Shown: positions 1 through 15,282, counted from the whole stretch's first letter. The stretch is DNA of 57,196 nucleotides, filler included, from Dugesia japonica (GCA_001938525.1; 4 parts of 4 records of this genome joined end to end with filler, not necessarily neighbours in it); one strand, 5' to 3'. The notes: generated from the sequence alone by a model not told the origin. A program made the numbers and translations.

Positions 1-319
1 AAATAAATAGTTATGTGTTGTTCTTTTTTCTAGCTGTTGTCAATAATTTTACACATCTGAAAAATAAAATTTTTGAAATAAAAATCTAAAAATTAAAATT
101 TTAATTTAAAAATGTTGGAAATCATTATTTGACATATTTTGCGAAAAAAAAATTTTTAAAAAAAATTGTTACATTGATAAAAATTGACATTTTTACTGTT
201 GTCAAAAAATTTGCACATCAGTATATATTTTTTACTTAATATATTTATTAATATATTTATTAAATATAAATTAAAATTAATTAATATTATTCAAACAACA
301 TTATTTCAAATTTCCATAA

Positions 320-2700
320 CTCCTCCCTCCCTAAAAACATTTTCCATCTTTTTAGCCACTTTATTCTCTTGGTTTTCAAACCATTTAGAAACTTGATTTC
401 TACTTCATATGCTGATACAAACCTTACAATCTGGTATGGCAATTCATATAGCAATCCATTTTTCTTTTGTCTTTTTGGTTTAATTCAGACTAATACCTAC
501 ACTCCATCCTTAAAGTATCTGTGTCCTCACTTCCCTTTCTCAAAATTTTCCATTTTCCACACCGCTTTCATCAAATTCTGTCGCACTATATCTTCTTTGT
601 CGGTTCTTCCTTCTGAGAGATCATCCTCTTTTGAATGCCGACCTATCTTCCGAACGAATATGATTTCGAAAAGAAAGAATTTTGTTGACTATTGTATTAT
701 GTGTTTTTTAGCATTAATACTAAATTCTACTCTCAGTAATAATGTTTNNNNNNNNNNNNNNNNNNNNNNNNNNNNNNNNNNNNNNNNNNNNNNNNNNNNN
801 NNNNNNNNNNNNNNNNNNNNNNNNNNNNNNNNNNNNNNNNNNNNNNNNNNNNNNNNNNNNNNNNNNNNNNNNNNNNNNNNNNCCTAGTTTCATTGCAAAT
901 CGCTTGTCTTTCAAACAGTTTATCTTTGTCCGCTATAATGGATTTTGATGTACTAAACCGGTAAATCCATTTGTTCAAAATTATCTTAAAAATCGTGTCT
1001 TCATCCAAACTGCGAATAAGCTGACTTGTTTGCTAAAGCGATCAATAATTACCGCCATATATTTCTTTTCCGACTTGCTCTGTTGCATATAAAATAAATC
1101 CACTACTATTTTTTTAAAGAAATTTTAGTTTCTCTACGGTACAATCTTTTCTTTTGTACGACTTTTTACTACCTTTTTACTACCTCTCACATTTATCAAT
1201 ACTTTTCTAAATGTCTCGCGCATCCCTGGCCATAAATAATCATTTTGTACGTATGAAAATAACTTTTTTCTTCCCACATGGCATAAATTTTCATGAATTT
1301 CCTTCGTCACTTCATCAACTATGTTTGTCACAACTAATAACAAAAATTGATTTCCCCTTTCCACCATTAAAAAATCATCCATTATTTTAATTCGTGCTTC
1401 AGTTTATTACAGTAGTTTTCTTGTTCACTATTTTTAGTTTTCTTCTTTAACCTTCTTCTCGCAATATTGCTATACAGCTTTGTATTTCGAAATATTCTTT
1501 TAAAACTATTCTTTTAAACTGTCGAATCATTGTAAATATATCGATCATATGTTGAATTTCAGTGATATGTTTCACTCTCCCGTTTTCTGCTTTTGCTTCT
1601 ATGTATTTCATTCTGCATTGTGAAGATAAACTCTACTTTATCATTGTTATGTTTTTCGCCTTTCCATACTTGAGATTCAAAATTATACTAGTCCAAATTC
1701 GCCATCCACGTCTAGAATTGTAGACTGATCGGTTTCTTTATGTTGACCATGCTCTCATCTTATTCTTTTGAATTGTTCAATTCCTTTGGAATACACAAAA
1801 AATTATTATTCCTTCAGACCAATACTATAACACCACCTATGATTTAAAATTACGGCTAGAATTGCTGCAAATTAAATATTTTTCTTTAAACGGATATTGG
1901 TGACGGTTATGCTCATGTTTTTCGTAACAATAACATTGCCCCTTCTGGAGTTTCTCCTTGCAAGGTTCTAGAAATCCGTTATGTCTAATTAAATAACATC
2001 TTGCCAAATATTTCTTCGAGACTGTTGGTTTTAGACTCATCGTCATCACTGGGTGGGTGATACTCTCATATGATCTTTTTGCCGGAGAATGATTTAGACG
2101 TACTTTCTGTCTATCCCTTCTACTTTATTTATGTATTGTTTCACTACATTAGCGTAACTCATCTTTTTTGAATTATACTGACATCCNNNNNNNNNNNNNN
2201 NNNNNNNNNNNNNNNNTTATCTTCCTAAATGTTCGCTAAGAATTTTATTTCCGTGATCTTGATATCAGGAGGGGTCATTAATGTTTATTTCAACATTGTA
2301 TTTTTCATTTTCGCCATTTCTAATTATAAAATCAGCTCTGAAAACGATTTTTTAATCATAAATGTGTCTGTGAACCATCTTTTGACTTCCTTCGTTGTAA
2401 ACTCAATCTTTTTAAAAATATTTACAAAGAATTCCTACTTCATCTGACAGTAGTAAATCAAAAATATCTAACAAATTGAAATCGTTAATGACAGATCATT
2501 CATCTATATCCTTGAACCATTTTGAAGCTTCTTCTGCACTTTACTATCATATTTTCTGACATTGAAATTGATCCATTCTTGTGGTTTTTTTGGTAACGCA
2601 TCTAAAATTGCTTTCCATTGATGCTGTTTTCTTGTTACTGCATTCAAATTTCTAGAGTCGTTGCCAGTTACAATATCCTTGAAATTTATCATAAGTAAAA
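320..2700 (-). mobile_element. Degenerate Ty3/Gypsy LTR retrotransposon remnant (gag, integrase, PPT)
   Basis: Integrase zinc-binding region HENLCHVGRKKLFSYVQNDYLWPGM (1134-1382). Decayed CCHC-like knuckle KGQCYCYEKHEH (1837-2049). Minus-strand purine tract GGGAGGGAGGAG at 320-331. Many stops and frameshifts. Confidence 0.75.
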
Positions 2701-3300
2701 AAAAACTAGATAGCTAGAATTAAGGTTTCTAATTCGAATAAATTCGATTCGAATTATTCAAATATTTTCATAAATTTTAAGATTCAGATATTCTGATAAG
2801 TTGAACGTATATTTGAATATCAAATTTAAATATTTTATGAAAAATTAATCCCTAAAAAATAGAAAGTGTCAAAATTCCGAAATTTATGATTACAGTATTT
2901 TGTAGTTCAAAATAAAAACAGAATATTACACATTGAAAAACTTAAGTAAACATCACTAACGATAAAGAAAATCAAATAGTTTCAACGACGTTTGCTTAGA
3001 TTTCTCAATGTGGAATATGAAGATTTTCTTTTGCACTACAATATTTCATTTATAAATAATTATTCGGTGATTCGTAAACTAGTGATTGTTTTTTCCTTGA
3101 TTATTTTTGAATAGTATTTTCATTTTAAAATATAAGTTGCGTGGCAACAGAAATTTTTTTTTGTTTAAAATGATAATTAAAGATATTGTGAACGTAGTTT
3201 ATAATAAAATACTTAATTTCTAATCATTAAATTTAATAGATTTTATCAAAAATTAAATACATATTATTGTTCATAGCAAATGATTATATCGTATAGAAGT

Positions 3301-4620
3301 AGCACAGCCATTCGGAAGTATTTCAGTAGAAATGCTGATCAAGCGTCATGTACAAAATAAATGACTTAAATTTCATGCANAGGATCTACAACATCAGGTC
3401 TTATCAATCATAAGAGATCGAAACATGGAATAGTAACGTAAGACTGAAAATGATTCTAAAATTGAATTATCCTAAACTCTATACAATAAATTAATAGCAA
3501 ATGCGGAAACTTTGTCAAAGTTTAAATATGTTAAAAGACAAAGTTTGAATGAAATAGCTTCCCGATTCGTAGCTAAAGATGGTTTTGCTGTGAAAAGTAT
3601 CACAAAAGGTCTATTTATTATAAAATCAATTGCTAATCGAGATTATTTTGCCATCAAATCCAACTACAAACATGAATTTAGTTATTTTGTTTTTTGAGAA
3701 AATTAAAATGGAAAAAATATTATAATCACGAATGAAAACCACAGCAATAAACTCTGTAGCATAACTCTCGATGAGTGGACTAGTGTAGCAAATAAACTAT
3801 ACTTTAATATTAACTTGCACTCAAAATCTAATTATATAAATCTTGTACTTGTAAGAATTCCTGGGAAATGTGATGCCAAAGAAACACAAATAATTTTTGC
3901 GAAACATATACTGAGTACAAAATTGATTTTGGAACTGATATTGTTCAACAAGCGATGTCTCCTCTTTAATGGTAAAAAATTGGAAAAGACGGTCTAGCTG
4001 AGCTTTCTATTTGACTTAACCACGAATCTACCTCGCTGTTTTAGATATTTTTATAAATCTAATTCGGAATATAATGCTGATGTTAGTGAACTTAATACTT
4101 TTTTGGACGACGACAATAGGGTTATTAATGAATATATGATTGAAAAGAATTGTTAATACAACGATGATGAATTATTTGATATACATGTGCAATAAATAGT
4201 GAATAAAAGCTATAAAAATGTTGCTAAAGTAAATCGAAAAGTAGTTCAATTTTTAAGAAAGTCACCACTGAAAAACTCAGTTTTACATGTCAAAGAAAAT
4301 TTTGGAAAAGAACTTTCTTTAATACTATATATTGGAAGCCATGATAAAAAAAATTCGTGAAGTTATCTAAATGTAAACTTGCTATAACTGATTTAAATGC
4401 AGCTGAAATGTGTAATGACAAACATTTGAAGTTTTAGAAGGCATTATCGCCATTAAAATTGGTAGACGAAGCATAAGGTAAAACAGATGCAACAAAGTTA
4501 TCAAGTGAACTTGTATTTATTTTCATGCTAGTTAAACTTTAATCAATTCCTTTAGTCAATTTCTGAAGAAGACAAAGTCGAAATAAAGAATTATCATCAA
4601 AAACAAAAATAAACTAAATT
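3301..4620 (+). mobile_element. Degenerate hAT transposase remnant
   Basis: Fragments in shifting frames: BED-like TSGLINHKRSKHGI, SLNEIASRFVAKDGF, ITLDEWTS (first catalytic Asp context) and FLRKSPLKN. Confidence 0.7.
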
Positions 4621-5172
4621 TTAATCNNNNNNNNNNNNNNNNNNNNNNNNNNNNNNNNNNNNNNNNNNNNNNNNNNCTTTTATTTTAAATGAATTCTAAA
4701 AAACGATCAATGGTTACGTCCAACAATTATTCTCGCAATAATTGTAATTGCAAAACTAGATAAAGTCTATTAGTTAAATTCAAAATGTCACAACTCTCCA
4801 TAAATTTTTATTGATTATTACAAGTTTTTTATTAAAATGAAAAATNNNNNNNNNNNNNNNNNNNNNNNNNNNNNNNNNNNNNNNNNNNNNNNNNNNNNNN
4901 NNNNNNNNNNNNNNNNNNATTTTTCTTTTTAAAATATTTTATATATCATAATTTTATAAAATAATATTTATAATTTTATAATTTTACATGATAAAAAATA
5001 TCGATTTACCTTTTAAAATATTTTATATATCATAATTTCACAAAACAATTTTTATACTTTTATAATTTTACATAATATAAAATATCGATCTTGATTTTAA
5101 AATTCTTAATTTCATAAAATAATTTTTTATAATTTTAAAAATTTATCTTTACTTTTTTCAATAATATTTGAA

Positions 5173-7676
5173 TTAAGAATGTTTGAGTTTCTGGAAACTT
5201 TCTTGATACTCTTCATTCCATTGTATATCTTTCACATGTCCCTTAGTAGCCTCATATAATGGTTGCGCAATTTGAGCAAAGTTAAAAACAAATTTACGGT
5301 AGTAATTTGCCAAGCCAAGAAATGACCGTAATTGTTTGGTGCACTTAGGAATTTCCGCTTCAATAATTTTCTTAATCATACCATTATTAGCACTTATTCC
5401 CTCTTTTGATATTTTATGACCTAAAAAACTATATTCGGTTTTATACAGACTAAACTTCTTTGGATTGTGTCTTAATCCAGCTTTTGTATTCAATTAAAAA
5501 CCTCCTCTAGGTTTCTATCGTGTTCTGTTACTATTGTCCCGTAAACCAAGACATCGTCTAAGCACGCCGCGACTCCGTTATAAAGGATATTCTCAAATAA
5601 TACATGCATGAGACTTTGAAAAGTCACTGGAGCTGTTGACAACCCGAGCGGCATTCGGTTATAGCAATACTGGCGCTTCTTTGTCGAAAATGCTGTTTTC
5701 AATTGTGATGATTCATCCAAACATACTTGATAATAAGCTTCTCCTAAATCTAACGACGAAAAATTGGAAGCTCCTGCCAATGTATCGAAAATACGGATCT
5801 GCCATGGGGAAACTAACTTTCTCTGTAATCTCATTAATCTCCCTATAGTCCTGAAACATCATAATCGTTCCGTCCTTCTCTCCCACAACTACCAGTGCGA
5901 GTTGCATGGACTATGACATTTCTTAATTATACCCATTTTCAACAACTTCGAGAACATATCATCCACTTTAGATTCCATTTGCATCGCCATTCGTCTTGGA
6001 TTTTGACTTATAGGAGTCCTTACTGTTTTTAAACAATTTGTTACCAGATTTGTACATCCTTTATTGAACTCCGACGCTATAAAAATAGTTCCATTCAATT
6101 CTAATTTTGTGAACTTTGACAAATTATTGGATCCAAAAATATTAAAAACCCTTTGTCCTCTTTCTTATTCCCAATATATGAAACTTAAGACTTCCGAATC
6201 TATTGAATTCATTGCGACTCTCGATAAAAGCTTGAATCCAAAAGCTGAAATAATATTCATATCCCCAACAAAACTCGAATTTATATCTTTAACTACCGTA
6301 ATCTGGATATTCTTAATCATTCCATTCCAACTAACCAAAGCTTTAAACTCTCCTAAACATGTTATTGCTTNNNNNNNNNATGCTCCTCTAAGAGATATGT
6401 CTGATTGCCGTAAGATAGGATTTCCGCACATTCTCCACTTATCTTCTGACATCATTGTTACTGCTGCACCCGCCACATCTCTGTCATTTAAATTATGATT
6501 TTGTCTATTTGTGTTTTGATCATATATAATAGCTCCAGTCTCTTGCTCTTGAAAATCTCTGCTTTCATCAAGTTTCATATCGTAATAACTATATGCTAGA
6601 TCATCTGAATTATTTTCTTTGTGAATACACTGAACCTTTTTCTTGTGTTATTTTGCAATAAGCTACAATTATTAAAAAAAATGATTGTCCTTACCATATA
6701 TCGAGCAACACTTATTCAATGGACAGTTGTTTCTGACATGACCGGACTCATCACAACAATAACATTCCCTGGGTTTAAGTCGTCGTAATTCGGGCTCAGG
6801 TAACCTTTTCGCTATGTTTTATACTCTTGCTATATGCTTCATAGAAACCATAGGTCTTTGGGGCTTATCGTATTTGTTCGACCTCTCAATAGGTTGTTTT
6901 CTCTCTGAATCCTGCAGTCCTCTATTTGAGTTGGAATACTGCCTCCCTTGATTATTTACCAATCATTTGATTACCTGTAGTATAATGTGTCAAATTGGCC
7001 TTTTAATACCTTTTACTGCTGCGTATGTCAGCCTTTGCTCTTTTTTGCTATCTTCAATTGCAATAACTTCTGACGTTTCTTCAATACTCATTGAATTTTC
7101 GAAATTTATCGTCAATTTCTCAATTTCTTCTAAGGACATATCTGGGTTCATTGCGATTGATTCCTTTACTTTCCCGGAGTACATTCGTTTTGAAATTATA
7201 CCCTTCCCGATCATGTCTTCTGTTTGCTTCACCGACAAAACTTCTCTTACCAATTTCCTAATAGCAAAATTTTCATAACTTTCATTTGATCGTTGATTAA
7301 CTTGGCTCAAATCGTCAATCTTTTGCAAATATGTTTTTGACTTGATGTACTTTGAACTGGGCAAATTTCTTGTATCTTCATCTGACGGAATCTTTATTTT
7401 TTCTTTAAAGGCTTTCCATAATTCCTACGCGTCACCGTTCAGCAATAGATCAAATGCTGCACATAAATTTAAAGAATTTATGGTTTCAAAATCTTCAATT
7501 GATTGTAACCACTCTTTCGCATCTTCTTTCTTGTCGTCAAAAAACTTTTTGATTATTGGATAAATTGATTCTCGAACATTCTTTGGCAACGATTCCACAA
7601 TTTTCATCCGCTGCTGACCCTTTGTAAGAACTGTGATTTCGGCATGGTCGCTAGTTACAATACTATCTCGACTCAT
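5173..7676 (-). mobile_element. Degenerate Ty3/Gypsy gag-protease-RT fragment
   Basis: Gag fragments 6990-7676. CCHC knuckle CYCCDESGHVRNNC at about 6721-6770. Protease-like AGAAVTMMS. RT motifs SLDLGEAYYQ, KTAFST, RMPLGL, CLDDVLVYG, FLGHKIS and LRSFLGLANYYRKFV. Confidence 0.9.
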
Positions 7677-7941
7677 TAAATATATATACGCTTTTTTGAA
7701 TATTTAAACAACAATATTATCTTATTGTTACTACAATAAATGCTTATTTTCCTTAATTTTCATGAATTTTTTATAACTAAATAATAAGAAATAATATCAA
7801 ATGATATTCATCATTTAACCAAAGAAAATTAGTTTGACTTTCTTATTTTAATTATTTATTTAATTATTTCATAACTTAAAATGTATTTTTTTAATCTTTT
7901 AAAAAATTCTCATGATGAAATATAACAAAAAGAGTTCTTGC

Positions 7942-8236
7942 CGTAATTTTGGAGTTGTAAGAGCATGTAATGGTCCAATCTTATTTTTAGTATTGTTTTT
8001 TTTCTGCAATAGCTGTGGAATTAAAGGGAACTGCAATGATGTTACAACATTGTTAGTACAAGTAATATTCATATCACATATTTCTGAGCCATTTTTAATA
8101 GCACTTGGTGAATTTGCGAACTTAACGATTATTGGATCAGTAGAACCAGATGGAACATATCCGTTAAAATTTTGGATCGCCAAAGCTGCTTCATATCTTT
8201 GATCAAAGCGTATGAAACCAACACCTTTTGAATTAC
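7942..8236 (-). CDS. elav: ELAV/Hu RNA-binding protein exon (RRM2 C-half and hinge)
   Basis: Acceptor ttag at 8240-8237, phase 1. Encodes [42 protein letters not shown]. The 3' boundary is tentative (GC donor at 7941). Confidence 0.85.
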
Positions 8237-9742
8237 CTAATATTACAAAAAATATCACGTTTATAAACTTTTAAATTAGATATATTTAAAATTTAATGCT
8301 TTTTTGTTCTCTGACTCTGAGAAGCATCTACTTATTGAAAATAATTATCATATAAAAATAAAATGAAGTTAAAAATCAAATTTTATGAAATAAAAATTAA
8401 AGAAAACTAATTTATCTAAGCACATGCTTTACAAAGATATGTGAAACAATATCAAATAATTGCTTTTTTTAATAAAAATGAAAATTAAATGTTAACATAA
8501 ATAAGCTCAATGTTTAGAAAAACCTGTTCAATTCAAAAATTTGACCGCCTAAAGTTTTGACTTCATACGAATGCCAATTTTCTGTAAAGAAATATTCCTT
8601 TAAAACAATAATTTTCTAAAACGAAATAATTGAAGAAGTAAATAAAACAAATTTAAAATTTTTAACAAGAATTAAACTTCATCATTATTTTGTTTTCATA
8701 AGAGTTATATTGAATTGTTAACTCTTGATAAATTATAAGTTCTTACTTAATTATACCTTTAAACTATACACATTTAAAGATAGATTTATAAACAATATTT
8801 TTTTATTAAAAATTATATTTAATTGAAACTGAAGACAAATACAATTAAGTCACCTTTACACTTGAGAAATATTTAAAAATAATTGAACCTAATAATAAAT
8901 ATACCAAATTAAAAATTTAATATATTCAATTTTATAATGCCCGTTTATTTTGTTTAATGAATAAAATATTTTGGATTTTCAATGTTACTATTTTATCAAT
9001 AAAATCAAAGCAATAAATATTTATACTACTAGCATTCACACTGTGACTCAGCTAATAAAAACGAAATAAAAACCATCTTCCAAAATATAAAATTTAACAA
9101 TGGATAAATAATTTATGAGAAATATTTTTAATTTTCGGCAGCCGAATAACTTAGGCCAATGAAGATTATATTTAGAAAATGAAATGAAAGTGAACTTATT
9201 TACATATATTACTTTATTAAATTAAAATATTAAATTTTTATTAACCAAAATATTATTTTATTAATTTTGTTAGTTCTAAGAAATGTGTTTTGAAAATTAA
9301 ATTTACACATTTTCAAAATTTGTTATAATTAATTATAGAACAAATGAAAATACAATAAATTAAGCATCACACAGCTGGAATGTCACCACACACCTGTGGC
9401 TATTCTCGGTTTTTGCATTGAGTTAACGTTTAAAAATAACGTTTTAAAATAATGAAAGTTCTTTACAAAGTCTTCAAGTGAATATTTGACGTTTCATATT
9501 TCGTTCTTTTAATTTAACATACAATAATTGCACATTATAAATTATATAGCAATTGACATGTTAATTATATGACATTTATATCAATTCGTACTTAGTATTC
9601 AATTTATTTTTAAAAATGTTGAATTATATAATTTGAAAAAAGAGAAAACAATGAAATTCTTAAACTGAAATAAATAAAATATTCAGATAATTTTTATTTT
9701 TTAAATAACTGATATTGAATAAAATTATATAAAGTAAAACAC

Positions 9743-9896
9743 CTGTATTGGTATCATTTAGTATGCGAGACGTGATGATTTTTCCACACTGACAGAATAA
9801 TAGCTCTAAATCTTTATTACTGAAATTTTTTGGTAGTCCAGAAACATATAGATTGGCACCTTTGATTGAATCTGAGCTTGGTCGGGCAAGAGATAC
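9743..9896 (-). CDS. elav: ELAV/Hu exon (end of RRM1, RRM2 N-half), 154 nt
   Basis: Bounded by cag and gt. Encodes [23 protein letters not shown]...IITSRIL. Phases are compatible with both neighbouring exons. Confidence 0.92.
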
Positions 9897-10970
9897 CTGA
9901 ATTTTATTAGCCACAACACACAATCACCATGACGAATAAATAAAAATTCTAAGTCTAATATAAACATCAAAGTGAACAAAACATTTTTTTAAAAATCATT
10001 AATATAAGAACTTTATGCATCTCAGAGACATTAAATAAATTTCACTCATAACACAATCTATTAATTACTTCTTATTGTAGTAATTTAATTTTTAAATACA
10101 AATTATCAGCATATTCGACTATTTTTTGTTTATCATATTTTTTATAATTTAAATAATATAAATTACCTGCTAAAATAATTTTTAAAAAAATTGATTTAAA
10201 AGCTCCTTTGAATTTTAGTTTCTTATTTGAAAGAAAATTTTGTTACAATTTCCTTTAATTTCAACTTACCTTGTTACGAAAATTTATAATTGTCTCGCAA
10301 CGATTAAGAGTAAGTTTATTATTACGATAGTGTAATACCAAAATTAATGCTTATGTTATGCTAAAAATGTCCATGTGCTTCATCGAACGCTGACAATGAA
10401 AATGCCAAAGTAAATAAATATTTTTGCATTATAAGATTTGGGAAAATATGTGCTAATTTTGATGAGATTCACCATTAAACTGTATTAAAAATGTTGGGTA
10501 GACTCGTTTCAGATAATGTTGTATAAGAGCTAACTATTAATAAAATAATATACTATCAATTAATTCTGCCTCTTAATCCTATTTTCGTATTTCTAGTTAT
10601 TATTCATTTATGGGTAAAATTTTATTTCAATAAACTTAAAACAAAATAATTTATACAAAGGCTTAAAAATAGAATTTAAAAATAAATTTACAATAAATTC
10701 AAAACAAAAATTACATAATTAAGATTTAAAAGATAATATTTACAGGATTTACAGAAATAAAAATGATAGGACTTTTATAAATAGAACAATTAAATTTATA
10801 AATATAAACATACACTAAAAATTAAAAATTAACAAATATCAGCGTATAACATTACTTCACGTCAATTAATAAAATGAAATCTAATAACGTTAATAAGTTA
10901 TGCCTGCTACATTAAAAAATAATTTTATTAATAAAATAACGAAATTTTAAAATTTTATTTATATCACAAT

Positions 10971-11352
10971 CAGTGGCGTCACTGGGGTTGGTGTCACCCA
11001 GTTCGGTTAACTCTTGGTGTCATCCCTCTCTATGTACTTTCACTATTGACCTCTTCAGAGTGTTTCATTGTTCCTGTACTGGACCATACAAAATACATAA
11101 TAACTATAGTAATCTTTGTAAAATAAGTCCAGAAGTTATTAAGGACATAGGAAAATACAAATCGGCACCATGTGGACCGTAGCTGTTCTGCTCATTAATT
11201 TAAGTTAAATAATTTAAATGTGAATGGTTATGAAATTCAATTATGCCGACAAGTCTGAGCTCTGTCTGCTCTGAATTTGAAATTTAAAAAAATTTTATTT
11301 TTACATTTTGATGTCACTCGGTGCAGTCCGCACCCCCTTACTGACGCCCCTG
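10971..11352. mobile_element. hAT-type MITE in ELAV intron
   Basis: TIRs CAGTGGCGTCA / TGACGCCCCTG. 8-bp TSD ATCACAAT / ATCACCAT. Confidence 0.85.
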
Positions 11353-12578
11353 ATCACCATATTAAAACCAACACAATTAAAATATATAGTATATTTATTT
11401 GTTTTAAACGATAAAGGACCACCAATTTGACAATCTCGATTTCATGTTGAGAATTTATCATACATTGTTTCGTTAATTTATGATTATGATAACGTTAGGA
11501 TGACGTCTAATATTCGCAAATTGAAGATGGACAAAATAGACGAATTATGACTTAATAAAATTACTAGACAAATTAGAATACACCAATATTCGATTATTAT
11601 GATTGGGAGCTTGAATAGCGTTATGAATAAATGTATTATTTTTAATAATGAAGAATTCTAAGTATGACCGAGAATTCTAATTTTACTAACAATGATGAAT
11701 AAACATTCAATTTCAGCTAAATTTAATATATATTCTGCCTACGCAATTTATTTTTAATTTTTTTACATTTTGTAAAATATCTTTCAACGAGTAACGTGGT
11801 GGAAAATAGTAATTATTAAGGATATTAGCGCTTAACTAAAGGTATATAGCGGAACTAACAACAATGATATNNNNNNNNNNNNNNNNNNNNNNNNNNNNNN
11901 NNNNNNNNNNNNNNNNNNNNNNNNNNNNNNNNNNNNNNNNNNNNNNNNNNNNNNNNNNNNNNNGAAAACAGAATTATTTAGTGTTAACAGATATATGGGT
12001 CATATAATTATAAATGACATCCAATGAACGCTTCTCAAATGAAAGAGAGAGATAGAGAGCTCGCAACCAATTAGTAACCTTTAGTAAACTGAAATTAATT
12101 GATATATAATTCAAATATCTGAACCAAAAGTTAGGAGATGACCCAAAATCGATAAAACGCCAGTTTATCTGAGTATATAAATAATGTTTCGATGTCTCTT
12201 GGTGTCGATTAAATTAATGAAAATTTTGATAAGTATTCAATTTGAATATTGTAAACCATAGTTATTTGAATAAACTTTCTTTGTTGATATTAGTGAAATT
12301 TATTTAGAATTATTTACATTAGGATGACTGAGAACAAACAAAATTCAACGCAGTTAAATTTTTTAAGTACCACATTGGAGGATTGTAGAATCAAAAATCC
12401 ACTTATTCTGATGGCAGAAATACTACGTAACCAGACAAATTTGTCAATAGATACAAGATTGTATGTCGATTTTTCATATTCAGCGGAAAGAATCCTCCAA
12501 AATGGTAGCCCAATAATTATGAGGAAATTTTGAGGCAGTTATATTTTCAATTATCGCACCATAGTATTTTCAAAAAAT

Positions 12579-13492
12579 TATTTCTTATTTATTGCTTTTG
12601 AAACATTATCAAGTCTGTAAGTTCACTATGTCTTTGATGGTTATTTGAATAANAAATAATTATTTGAGAAATTATTCGTTTTGTCACGAAGGGGNCAAGC
12701 CAAAAAAACGCATTGTAGAAGTGGCGAACAGCAAACCAAATTTTCCGTGGAGCTGTTTTCTGATCCACAAGAAGAGATTTGAAAGTGAAGTTATCTAGGC
12801 TAATGACTATGATTATAATTACATAGATTATGATTAAATAGTCAGTGTAAAATTACTTTCGACTGATGTTTCTCCCCTTTCTGAAATAGAAACTACATAA
12901 CATCAAATCCAAAAATTCCAAAACAATTGGAAAATATCTAATATTGTTTTTCATATATGTTTTTAGTGGTTTTTACTTAAAACAAAAAAGATATATTGCA
13001 AACTGAATAGNNNNNNNNNNNNNNNNNNNNNNNNNNNNNNNNNNNNNNNNNNNNNNNNNNTATTTCTTATTTATTGCTTTTGAAACATTATCAAGTCTGT
13101 AAGTTCACTATGTCTTTGATGGTTATTTGAATAACAAATAATTATTTGAGAAATTATTCGTTTTGTCACGAAGGGGCCAAGCCAAAAAAACGCATTGTAG
13201 AAGTGGCGAACAGCAAACCAAATTTTCCGTGGAGCTGTTTTCTGATCCACANGAAGAGATTTGAAANTGAAGTTATCTAGGCTAACGACTATGATTATAA
13301 TTACATAGATTATGATTAAATAGTCAGTGTAAAATTACTTTCGACTGAGGTTTCTCCCCTTTCTGAAATAGAAACTACATAACATCAAATCCAAAAATTC
13401 CAAAACAATTGGAAAATTTCTAATATTGTTTTTCATATATGTTTTTAGTGGTTTTTACTTAAAACAAAAAAGATATATTGCAAACTGAATAG
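12579..13492. repeat. Near-identical ~430-bp direct duplication flanking an N gap (probably an assembly overlap)
   Basis: 12579-13010 matches 13061-13492 almost perfectly, separated by 50 N. Confidence 0.8.
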
Positions 13493-13733
13493 TTTGCCAT
13501 TCGTTTAATTATTTTACCAAAATCACGTAAAATTTCTTTGTAAAATAAAATTTTAATGATTCGTGGATAGTTAAATAATTTTATTTGATAAAATTTCAGT
13601 AGTAAATATAAAAATCATATTAGTAAATAAATTAACATTTGTAAATATTTTTTTAAGGAAAGTGCCATTTATGCAATTAAAACCAACAAGATGTAAAAAA
13701 ATCATTGAAAATACAACACTAAAGTTTAAACTA

Positions 13734-15030
13734 TTAGGTAGTTGCATTAATTCTCACTGTTTGTTTTAATTAACTAACTTATTNNNNNNNNNNNNNNNNN
13801 NNNNNNNNNNNNNNNNNNNNNNNNNNNNNNNNNNNNNNNNNNNNNNNNNNNNNNNNNNNNNNNATTTAGTTAAGTTGTACAGCAAACGAAAACCGATCCA
13901 TTTAATATGACTAGTTTTATTCCAAAAAACGCACATTTGCGAGAGGCGTTGCTTTTTTGTTTTTATCTCAAAAGAAGTGCTGCAGAAAGTCATAGGATGC
14001 TTTCAGAAGCTTATGGCAACTATGCTCTGTCTGAAACATGCTGTCAAGAATGGTTTCGACCATTCAAAACAGGTGACTTTAATTTGCAGGATAAACAATG
14101 CCTAGTAAAGCCAAAGCGCTTTTCAGATGAAGATTTGGAAAAGGTGTTGATGAAAGATCGATCCGAAACAATTGAAACAATGTCAAAAATCATTCATATA
14201 AATAAATCTACCATAAGCAGACGATTAAAAGCCATGGGATACAAAAAGAAAGTCGGTAAGTGGTTGCCTCATCAATTGAAAGAAGCATATATCGCAAAAC
14301 AATTAGANNNNNNNNNNNNNNNNNNNNNNNNNNNNNNNNNNNNNNNNNNNNNNNNNNNCATTGTTACTTGTGATGAAAAATGGATTTCTTATGAAAATCC
14401 GAAACAAAGAAAATAATGGGTGAATCCTGGTCAACCCAGAAAATCAACACCAAAACTAGACTTGTATGGAAACCAGGTGATGTTATCCATTTTTTGGTAT
14501 CATAAGGGGATTATTTATTTTGAGCTTCTGAACAAACGTGAAAAGGTTGATGATCAGCGTTATCAACGACAATTAATAAAATTGAGGCAAGCCTTGCACG
14601 AAAAACGACCAGACTATTCCAATAGACATGAGACGGTGTTGTTAAAGCATGATAATACTCGATCACACATTTCGATTTTAGTGACGAATACGATAGCAGA
14701 ANTCGGATGGGAAGTTTTACTTCACCCACCATACTCACCAGACATCGCACCAAGTGATTACAATCTTTTTCGCTCAATGCAAAATGGCCTTTGTGAACAA
14801 CACTTAAACAATCATTATGATGTCCAGAAATGGCTTGACTATTGGGTAAATTCCAAGGAAGAAAAATTTTTATCGTTGAATTCATTTGTTGCCAGAAAGG
14901 TGGGAAAATGTTGTTAGCAATGNNNNNNNNNNNNNNNNNNNNNNNNNNNNNNNNNNNAAATGTATTTGGAGTTTTTTTTTACATTTCTTCTTATTATTAA
15001 AAAACAGCGAGAATTAATGCAACTACCTAA
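13734..15030 (+). mobile_element. Full-length mariner element (about 1.3 kb) with inactivated transposase
   Basis: About 30-bp TIRs TTAGGTAGTTGCATTAATTCTC(A/G)CTGTTT with TA on both sides. Transposase at 13907-14920 has WLPHQL, IVTCDEKW, HDN and YSPDIAPSDYNLF. In-frame stop at 14414-14416 and a late frameshift. Confidence 0.95.
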
Positions 15031-15117
15031 TATAATTAATATGTTAATTTAATTTAAATAGATACAAAAAAATTAATTTTCAAAAGGAATTTTATAATAA
15101 ATTACTGTAGATATTCA

Positions 15118-15282
<165 letters not shown>

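Noticed and set aside
12579-13492. Direct repeats flanking gaps (also 49395-49534 versus 49672-49811)
   Set aside because: Near-identical and gap-adjacent, so most likely unmerged contig overlaps rather than LTRs or real duplications.
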